DNA of 64,000 nt from Octopus bimaculoides (taxonomy: Eukaryota): positions 35,083,006 to 35,147,005 of the forward strand of contig NC_068988.1 in assembly GCF_001194135.2 (NCBI RefSeq), given 5' to 3'. The notes below the pieces were generated by a model, which saw only the letters and a list, made by a program, of their open reading frames with translations, had not been told where the DNA came from and did no database searches. Shown here piece after piece: positions 54,446 through 64,000 of the stretch (position 1 is the first letter of the stretch; each line of letters opens with the position of its first letter). The position numbers and the translations under genes are program-made.

Positions 54446-54764
54446 AAATACAAAATGGAACAAGAACGCAAAACATCCAGACACTTAGGAGATACAAAAA
54501 GGGACGACAAAACATCCAGATATACGATATAAAGAAAACAAGGACGGGTCATTCGAAATTTTCTTTTCTCAGTCGAGTTCCAGATTATCTTTGCAATTTC
54601 GGCTGGTTATACTCGTGATTGCTCCAATCTGGCCTGCCCCAAGGAAAAACTAAGCTAAGTGCACTAGATTCCTTGGAAGAAAGCAGCGAAAGTATACGAA
54701 AGGAAGGACGGAAAAAACGGAGAATGTTACACAAATACAAATAACAGGACACAACAACAGGTGT

Positions 54765-55376
54765 CCTTGTGGAAAGAAGTGAGGAAGTCTCAAGTGTCCT
54801 TCATTTCTGAAAACCCCTAAAACCATGACAGCTGCAGGAAATTTTGTATGCATAACACTTGGAACTTCATATATCCATCTGTTATTTCTTCTGTTAAACT
54901 TTTTGATCTTGGTCGAATTTTTCTCGTTTGAAAAAAAAAACCAATCAAATCTCCCGCTGAATTTTTCAGTTTGTTTAAGAACCTTTTAGATCTCATTTAG
55001 TAATTTTCCTTTGCTTTTGCTGGCAAATTGACCCTTCCTCATCATATGAGACCTACATCCGATGTCTTCGTGGACAACATTTCTGACTGTTTCCTTCTAA
55101 CACACAGAGACCTTTTGCAATTGACCTCATGGACATTCTGGGATTGTAATCAATGGTCTGTTGAACTTGCTGGATAAATTCAAATGTTCTTATGATTTCA
55201 GAGCATTTAGAATGCTTCTCATGCTTTGATGCTGGTGATACGTTTCCGTCTTCAGTCTCTAACCCCTTACAGACCTTGTAGACGAAAGATCAGGCAACTT
55301 TCAAAAATCGAGATATTTCTAAATCGCTATGCTCAGCCTTTATAATTTTTTCAAGTAGGTGTCGCAGCATGATCAT
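54765..55376 (-). mobile_element. DD37D/maT-like (Tc1-mariner superfamily) transposase pseudogene
   Basis: EISRFLKVA*SFVYKV..EFIQQVQQTIDYNPRMSMRSIAK..VRNVVHEDIG..RKGQF..FFSNEK..DQDQK..NRRNNRW..VMHTKFPAAVMVLGVFRNEGH..PHFFPQG; frameshifted and truncated before the second catalytic D. Confidence 0.85.
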
Positions 55377-55428
55377 AGTGTAATGACTGAATCAAGTTTA
55401 AACTCAAAGATAAAATATATGTTTATAC

Positions 55429-55459
<31 letters not shown>

Positions 55460-55525
55460 TGTATGTATGTATGTATGTATGTATCTGACTGTCTGTGTAT
55501 CTAGTTTTCTATTTATCTCTTTCTC

Positions 55526-55559
<34 letters not shown>

Positions 55560-56033
55560 NNNNNNNNNNNNNNNNNNNNNNNNNNNNNNNNNNNNNNNNN
55601 NNNNNNNNNNNNNNNNNNNNNNNNNNNNNNNNNNNNNNNNNNNNNNNNNNNNNNNNNNNNNNNNNNNNNNNNNNNNNNNNNNNNNNNNNNNNNNNNNNNN
55701 NNNNNNNNNNNNNNNNNNNNNNNNNNNNNNNNNNNNNNNNNNNNNNNNNNNNNNNNNNNNNNNNNNNNNNNNNNNNNNNNNNNNNNNNNNNNNNNNNNNN
55801 NNNNNNNNNNNNNNNNNNNNNNNNNNNNNNNNNNNNNNNNNNNNNNNNNNNNNNNNNNNNNNNNNNNNNNNNNNNNNNNNNNNNNNNNNNNNNNNNNNNN
55901 NNNNNNNNNNNNNNNNNNNNNNNNNNNNNNNNNNNNNNNNNNNNNNNNNNNNNNNNNNNNNNNNNNNNNNNNNNNNNNNNNNNNNNNNNNNNNNNNNNNN
56001 NNNNNNNNNNNNNNNNNNNNNNNNNNNNNNNNN

Positions 56034-56064
<31 letters not shown>

Positions 56065-59000
56065 CACACAAATATATGCAAATGCAGAGAGAGAAGGAGG
56101 GAGGGAGATTATATAAAAATGTGTGTGCACATGTGTTTGTGAACGCACAATCTTTGGAATAACGTATATTTAAGGTGTATATGTACAATTCATACAGTAG
56201 TTAAGTGTGCACTAAATTATTTAATAATGATAAGCAAAACACATCTTATCAGTTGAAATACACCTGTGATAACAAAGAAAATCATTAGAGAATTTTTGTC
56301 AAGAAAATAAGGATATGAAGCAAAATTTTCAATAAAAGTTGGAAGATTTCTGCTGGTGACGTTCTTGTTGTTGTGGTAGTGGTGGTGGCCGTCTTCGACG
56401 AGCAGGCATATGATCAAATGCATGTCAGTTCTAACTACCTATTTTTCCAGTCTCTTATTCAGATACAATGTCTTCCTAATCAAATTTAATTTTCCGGTTT
56501 AAGGAGATTTTGCTTCTTTCTAGCAGATGGGGCGACAATGTTGACGCTCACTTCATTGAAAAATGAGAGTAACATTGCTGTTGGATGTTGTAGATTTATC
56601 AGCATATTTTAAGGATATGTGTGCAACGTAATGGGATGGACTCTGTAAGTGTCGTGTGTGTATGTGAGTCCGTCTGTGTGGTGTGTGTTTGTGCATGCGT
56701 GTGTTTGTGTGTGTGTGTATTGGCTCCGGCCGCAGTGCTGAAGCCGCCAAACACTCTGGCATCCGACCTGGTAGAATTAACAACTAAAAATTTCTCTTAA
56801 AGTGTTTTTAAGAAGAGAAGGACAATCTTAGAAATTCATAGCGTTCATTTGAGATGATTTCCAAGCTGTCAATTTTGTTAAATTTGATGAATGTGGGTCA
56901 GGATTTTAAATTTAAAATTTTTTTCCCTTAAAATATTCAATTTTGTTGATCTGAAACCAATTGGAAATTTCGCTTTTCAAAATCGCGAACTTGTCAGAAT
57001 TCGTAATTTTGATAAACGGGTAGCAAACGGAATCATTATTTTAGTAACAGTGGATCTCTTAAAATTGTCAATATTGATGATCCTAGATCTGACAGAATCA
57101 TCAATTTTCATGATATTGTATCTGTCAGGAATTTTAATTTTCTTGACTCAGAAGTTTACTGAAATGTAGAGATTGCTACCGAGAGAAAGGAAGAGATAAC
57201 AGATAAACAGAGAGAACATCTAAGCAGACAAACAGAGACATATACATACAAGTCTAATCTAATACACGCACACATACAAACACAAACATATAACAAACAA
57301 AAATATTAAAAATAAAATCTAAAAATGATAACTACATGCGAAATAGAATATGAAATCTACCAGGAGTTAACAATTGAATAATTTTAAATCCAGCATTGGC
57401 GATTTTATCAGTTAACGCATTATTCCCATGATCCTATACGACCTAGTGAGAAGCGCGTGATGACGCGCCATGCTTACAAACATTTCATTCTAATGACAAG
57501 ACGTTGAAGGTCTTGCCATATTAGTGTTAATTAAGAACATTATTGTTACACACTAAATAAACGAATGCTGGGAAATAGGGAAAATCCTTAACCAAAAAGA
57601 TTAATCTCAAGTAAAGTCGTGCTTTTAATACAACACACACTCGCACATATACACAGATAAATACCTTTTTCTCTTTTGTCTTCAGTTTAATTAAAATAAT
57701 GATACATTTTGCCAAAAAGCTGGATCAGAATCGAAAATATACATGCTGAAATGAAAGCATTTTCATATTGTTCCATAAGATTCTTCCCTTGACAGTTTTC
57801 ATATTATTCTACGAATAGAGTTTTCCATAATACTTACAATTTTGTATTTCAATAAATAATCGAAATAGTTAAACATCTTATTTGAAAATATTTACTATAA
57901 TGATTTTAAGAAAGAGTATTGCAATTCAATAATACTAATTTAGTTTTTGTATGGCTCGTTAAATACGACATCCTAAAGCAAGAACAGAATTGTGCATCTT
58001 TTATAAATTCATTTGTATCTTCTGTTAACTTGAATTTACTAAAATAATCTATGATGTATGATTTATGTATAACGAGCATTCTGCATAAGCCAAGCAAAAT
58101 TGTTTTCTGAAATTCTTGCATCATGCAAAATTCGCTTAGTATTTGTGCCCTACGTATGACTTTGTATTTACCAATTCTTTGACCTCAGCTGACATTCCTC
58201 CAATTTTTGTTTTGGAATCAGTCAGCCAGAAGATAAGGCAGAATGCTCGTGACCCTTGCAGGACCAACGTGATGTTGATGAAGAAAGAGATATCAGACAG
58301 ATACCACGGCTTATGGCCTGCAGTTGTAGATGTGGGGCTATATTTCTTCAGACTGGAAATGTGATCTTTTTCCTTGTAACAGAGAAGGCACAGCTTAAGA
58401 TCTACAAATGCTATACGATGGTAGTATTATGTCAAGGGACTGATTCCATATATTAACTTAGAGAGAAAGTACAAGAATCACTCATTCTCCATTTATTTGC
58501 ACGCTTTCTATCAATCGAATTGCATGTACCCTTATGGTCTAGACCGAAGTGAGTTCAGGGTAGGCGACACAGCTAAAATATGCTGTGAATATTTTACGAA
58601 TATAAGTCGATAACCACACATGAATGCCAAGCAAGCGGTTGGAACACATGACTATATCTACGATTATGAATAATTTTTGTAAAAAAATTTAATTTCTCCA
58701 AAATGTTTAGTCTAACATTTATTTTATGGCACTTAAACAGAAAGAATAGTTACAGAGATGACCACAGACAGCTCTTCCAATAATAAGCACACATTACTTC
58801 TAAATATTGCTGCTATGGTTACAGCAAAGTAGGTGAACTATCTGCAACTAGATCAATGATGTTAATGAATTTATATTAAACTTTAATGACAGTAATGATA
58901 TTGTTATGTAGATATGTTTATAAACATACATAATACACTACCAGCTATTGATTTAACATTAAAAACGAAACAAAAGATAATTAAAAATTGCAGTAATTTC

Positions 59001-59559
59001 CGTTAACATTTTTATATTTGTTCGCTGACTTATCCAAAGAATAGGCAACAGATAAGCAACCTTAGCTAGTGTTTGTTATTATCGGTTTGTGAGGAAAATA
59101 ATTAAAAAGTAATTTTCTAACCAACAAGAAGTAAGCCGCAATAGATTAAATCACTTTTCTAATATGCATATTTTTCACCAGGTATCATTTTCCTGAGCTC
59201 ACGTCGTAAAAACACCGATGCGTTGGAAAAATACGTTGCATTGTTTGTTCTGGCTCTTTTACATTTACAGTCTAAATCCCTTCCATCGTGATCAATTTTA
59301 TCTTTTTTTTTTCCTTTCGGGATCAGTGAAATAAAGTACCAGTCAAATACTGGACAACGGCATCGACAAATCAAAATGAAGGCACGTAGTTATGCAATGT
59401 AATAACCTTGTGACTCATTTACAGACAATTATTGTCCCGCCGTCTACAACTCCCGCAATTCAAACATAAGACAATCGAGCAAAGGAGTATATTGATTCAC
59501 GACAATTAAATACTTTTTCAACTCCTCGATGAATTACGAATATAAGCAGAACATGCAAG

Positions 59560-59842
59560 ACAAGGAGGTGTTTTGGGTAAAAGAAAATAAGATACAAACG
59601 AATGTATTAAAGATGCACAATTCTGTTCTTGCTTTAGGATGTCGTATTTAATGAGACATAAAAAACTAAATTAGTATTATTGAATTGATCAGTTGGTTAT
59701 AGTTTTATTTAATATATTCCCCTCTTAGACTCACACACTTATTGCAGTGGTCCTTCAGTTTTTCTAAGCCCTGTAAAAGAACTCGGAAGTTTGGGCCTCT
59801 AGCCGGACCTTTAACGATATCCTTAACACCAAGAACTTTCAG

Positions 59843-59846
<4 letters not shown>
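59560..59846 (-). mobile_element. internally deleted mariner (MITE) carrying a 98-bp insertion
   Basis: 5' TIR-like GTGCTGAAAGTTCTTGG; C-terminal peptide GLEKLKDHCNKCVSLRGEYIK* is typical of mariner ends. Confidence 0.7.
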
Positions 59847-59894
<48 letters not shown>

Positions 59895-60149
59895 ATATAT
59901 GGGATGCTTTCAGTTGGGATGTCTCTCATCTTGGGTTTTCTGGATCTAACACTGGAGTAAACAACAACAATAAATACAACATAAGATATCTCATAGCATG
60001 CATTTATTCTAAGTCAAATAATAAAAAAGGAAATATCGGATGGGACCCCTAAACTGAAAACATTAACTACTCAAGGACAATAGCTTCCATTGCAAATTGA
60101 GTTTCATGCAGATGAAATCGTTAATTTTTCTTGCTCGTTACGATAAGTT

Positions 60150-60990
60150 GTCGCGCCAACTCAGACATTTTTTGTAGATCTGTATAGTGGTCATTTATCA
60201 CCATGCTGACAAACACTAGAAAAAGCTTCACTGAAGAGGACTAATAAAGCTCAAACACGTTCAGAGTTTCCTCGTGTTTGTTAAATATCAATTCAAATTA
60301 ATATTACCCATCGAATATAATCAACGAAAGCGTTGAAAATTTGAAAAGACAAAATCACAATGAATTTCTAAACTATATTGGAGAGCAAAAAATAAGCAAA
60401 ATACAGAAATGCTCCATGGACACTATCCGGCAAGGCTGGAATGTGAAAGTAGCTCAGAATGAAACATAAGGGCTTAAAAGTTATAGACTAGAAACAGAAA
60501 TTAAATGCTTGATAAATGCTGCTCAAGACCAATGGGTAGCTATTGTAAAAAATAATATATCAAAAAGATAATAATATCTATAGCAGGATATGCAGCCAGT
60601 ACAGGTGAGATGGAGAACTACAACATCTACGACTACCATGTTCTTGCATGTCTGAATATTACCGCAGGCACGATCACGTAGAGATCTATGTACCAACTTT
60701 TCTATGTGAAGGCAAACAATATTTGACATAAATATTTATATCAAACACGGTATGCAAAAACGACCTAGTCATTATAATACGGGAATTGCCAATCGAAACC
60801 GTCCCAAGATAATACTCAAGAACAGGAGCAAAAAAAAAACATGCACGTTGGTAGAGATTGCAGTCTTTTTCGATGAAGATATTGCATGAAAGACGTTGAG
60901 AAGATGTTAAAATACTAGGATCTTGAAATTTGAATCAGCTCGATGTAGGCCATGAAGGTTAAAATACTAGCGATTATCACCATCGTTCAA
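60150..60990 (+). mobile_element. degraded R4/Dong-like LINE (zinc knuckle and RLE region)
   Basis: MLHGHY, ETEIKCLINAAQDQ, SRICSQ, SEYYRRHDHV, PKIILKNRSKK.CTLVEIAV..EKMLKY*DLEI*ISSM*AMKVK. Confidence 0.8.
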
Positions 60991-61222
60991 TGTAATAACA
61001 TAGTTCAAAAGATACAGTCTCTGCACACGATACATACACTGCAAGAGTAACCACCCAATAACATAGCTCAAACCTCACAATACATATTATACACGATTAT
61101 CACTTAACAAAAATGACAGACACTACATTCCACTCCAACATAAACAATACCTATAATTATGAGTTTAGGACATTTACCCCTCATGGACAATAACCTCCCA
61201 AGGACAACTACCCCCGAGGACA

Positions 61223-61514
61223 ACGATCGTAAGTTCGTGACTTAGATTCCCCGGCAGCGCGTTGTGTTCGTGAGCAAGACACTGTATTTCTCGTTGCTTC
61301 AGTCCACTCAACTGGCAAAAATGAGTAGAGCCTGTATTGCAAAGGGTCAACCTTATATTCTGTGTCACGCTGAATCTCCCTGAGAAGTACGTTAAATCGT
61401 ATATGTAGCTGGCTCAGCTACTATAAATACGCGTACATTAATTTCACGAGCAGGCCGTTCCGTTGATCGGATCAACTGGAATACCGCGTCGTGGCAACCG
61501 ACACACTGCCAGTA
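61223..61514 (+). mobile_element. CORE-SINE (GATCAACTGGAA tail variant)
   Basis: Matches the reverse complement of 21584-21913. Confidence 0.85.
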
Positions 61515-62169
61515 TTGTAACCTGTAGGTGAAGTACTAACATTGGTTTGCCTCACCAAAACAGAAGGTTACACACGCTTTAAGAAGACTGATGTGCACTT
61601 GGTGATGCTGTAGAAACTCGCATGAAACCATCGAAAGAAACAATACTAGCAGTAAATATGTGAATTTGAAGGCGTATATGTGGCTTTAATAGTAAATAAT
61701 GTCTCGCTCTCTATCTGAGATGAAGCCACTGGCCAAACAAGTATAATTCATGAATTAAATATGTATGTACGTATCCTAATATAGAATGACAATAATAAAA
61801 GCAGTTCTCAACATTTCTATTATATAATTATCCTTTCTTGAAATACAAATATTTAACGTGTGGGATTTTCTTTCTTTTTATTGTTTTTGTTTCTGCTGTA
61901 AGGTTTTTTTTCTCTCTGTTATTGTTAATTTATTTTAGGCTCTATTTTCTTTACATGAATACACATTACAGATGAAAGAGAACCTATACAATGGCTGTTT
62001 TTAATATTTGCTTCATATGCGCGCTCACCAACCCCAGCACTAAACCTGATTAGTCACTATTGGACTTGAATTCTGTTTGATAAAAGCACAGTTTTGTCTT
62101 ACAATTATTATGAGTCTTTGCTTAATAATGACAAATGGATTGTTGTCGTTGTGGCTGCTGCTGTTCTTA

Positions 62170-62200
<31 letters not shown>

Positions 62201-62223
62201 TGTAGTAGTAGTAGTTCGTGCTG

Positions 62224-62465
62224 TTGCTGTTGATGTCGCTAAGGCGGCAAGCTGGCGGAATCGTTGCCGCTCCAGACAAAATTCATTTCTTCCAGTTCTT
62301 TTCGTCCTGAGTTCAAATGCCGTCAAATTCGAATTTGCTCCTCATTCTTTCGGCGTCGATAAAATAAGTAACAGTCAAGTACTGGGGTCGATATAATCGA
62401 CTACCCCACATCTCGAAAAAAAAAAAACAACAAAAAACAGGCCTTGTACCTATATTAGAAAGGTT
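62224..62465 (+). mobile_element. Meta-domain SINE following a (TAG)n tract
   Basis: TAAGGCGGCAAGCTGGCGGAATCG head, GAGTTCAAATGCC B-box, CATTCTTTCGGCGTCGATAAAATAAGTA. Confidence 0.85.
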
Positions 62466-62509
62466 GTCATTGATAGCGCTGTTGTTCTTATTGTTATTGC
62501 AGTCAATAT

Positions 62510-62940
62510 TATTCTTTTCTACTCAAGGCACAAGGCCTGAAATTTTGGGGGAGGGGGCTAGTCAATTAGACCTCAGTACGCAACTGGTACTTAATTTATC
62601 AACCCCGAAAAGATGAAAGGCAAAGTCGACCACGGTGGAATTTGAACTCAGAATGTAAAGACAGACGAAATATTGCTAAGCATTTCGCCCTCTGTGCTAA
62701 CGTTTCTTATTTCTTTACTGCTCACACGGGGCTACATACAGAGAGGACAAGCAAGGACAGACAAACGAATTAAGTCAATTATATCGACCCAGTATGTAAC
62801 TGGTACTTATTTAATCGACCCCGAAAGGAGGAAAAGCAAAGTCGACCTCGGTGGAATTTGAACTCAGAACGTAAAGACAGACGGAATACCGCTAAGCATT
62901 TCGCCCGCCGTGCTAACGTTTCTGCCAGCTCACCGCCTTA
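62510..62940 (-). mobile_element. dimeric Meta-domain SINE (second copy)
   Basis: Same two-unit layout and junction GCTAACGTTTCTTATTTCTTTA as 44581-45005. Confidence 0.9.
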
Positions 62941-62962
62941 CTGCCAATATCATTATCACTGT

Positions 62963-63170
62963 TAAGGCGGTGAGCTGTCAGAATCGTTAGTACGTTGGAC
63001 GAAATGCTTATCGCTATTTCGTCTGTTTTCATGTTCTGAGTTCAAATTTCGCAGAGATCAACTTTGCCTTTCATCCTTTCGGGGTCAATAAAATAAGTGC
63101 CAAATGTAATCGACTTACACTTCTTCGGAAATTGCTGGCCATGTGTCAAGATTTGAAATCAATATTATTA
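62963..63170 (+). mobile_element. Meta-domain SINE, head-to-head with the dimer
   Basis: TAAGGCGGTGAGCTGTCAGAATCGTTAG...; another partial copy at 63345-63520. Confidence 0.9.
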
Positions 63171-63526
63171 TCACTGTAAGTTTTGTTATTCTTGAGGTGT
63201 TCCAGTCGTCATAATCCTGTCTTTGTAGGGATATATAGTATTACGTTATCTAATGTAGCCTTCACTTATTAAAGTCGACAGGGTGTAATTTGTGGGAGAT
63301 ATTGCTGCTATTTCCAGCAGGACAGATGGCAACTTAAGGACTCCCTAGTGGTGAGCTGACAGAATCCGTCCGTCCGTCTTTACATTCTGAGTTCAAATTC
63401 CGCCGAAATCGACTTTGCTTTCATCCTTTCGGGTTCTATAAAACAAGTACCAGCAGAGCAATGGGGTAGATGTAATTGATAAGCCCTCCTAAAGATGTTG
63501 GCCTTATGCCTCTTTAGAAAAGATCA

Positions 63527-63830
63527 ATTAATGTATCTAAAAATCTAATCTATGCCATTACATGCTTAGGGTGTGGTAATAATTATACTGGCCAAATAGG
63601 AATATCACTCCGTAGAAGAACCATTCTCCATAAAGCACAAATCCGCCACCCACATTACAGACAGATACAGGTCAGTGGACACATAGAAAGGTGTGCGAGG
63701 AATCTTAATCCTAATTTCCTAATTTTTCCCTTACTCAGGGACTAGTGGACCTGACACTGTTCAGTATTCGGTGTGCGTTCAAAGCAATGATTAGTAATAT
63801 TACGAAACCGGTATGCTTTTGAATCTCTTT
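63527..63830 (+). mobile_element. Penelope-like GIY-YIG endonuclease fragment with downstream hammerhead-like motif
   Basis: Open frame SKNLIYAITCLGCGNNYTGQIGISLRRRTILHKAQIRHPHYRQIQVSGHIERCARNLNPNFLIFPL (stop at 63743-63745); missed by the ORF track because it lacks a start codon. Confidence 0.88.
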
Positions 63831-64000
63831 AACAAGTCACAATAATGACTTTTATTACTTTTATTCCTACCTCAGTTCATTCAATTGTATATATCTATCG
63901 TTACTTTTCATAAAAAGCCTTTACTTTCTTGATTTCTAATGTGCATTTTCGCTTATTTTTCCTCTTACTTTCCCCCCTATATATATATATATATATATAT

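Noticed and set aside
57922-59687. Interpretation of the 98-bp inverted pair as TIRs of a 1.77-kb transposon
   Set aside because: No TSD, no transposase inside, and the right arm sits within a mariner MITE 3' end

Overview
AT-rich, repeat-saturated animal genomic DNA from a gapped draft assembly. There are 10 N-gaps, most adjoining (TA)n tracts. The SINE repertoire matches what I recall of Octopus (inference). No recognisable cellular gene, tRNA/rRNA gene, CRISPR array or intact transposon is visible, and the ORF track is mostly microsatellite, gap or antisense-repeat artefact. Supported by the sequence: dozens of tRNA-derived SINEs (a Meta-domain family and several CORE-domain families with different 3' tails); dead LINE fragments (CR1-like RT with FADD, R4/Dong-like RLE, Tx1/L1-like, RTE, and four Penelope-like pieces, some with degenerate minimal hammerhead motifs); and dead DNA transposons (mariner fragments, a DD37D/maT-like transposase, piggyBac-like TTAA MITEs). 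The main unexplained large-scale signal is a sharp switch near 19.4 kb from CpG-depleted to CpG-rich DNA. This suggests a methylated host-gene body in the left third whose small exons I can only guess at. I found no convincing new biological system; the findings are modest leads.
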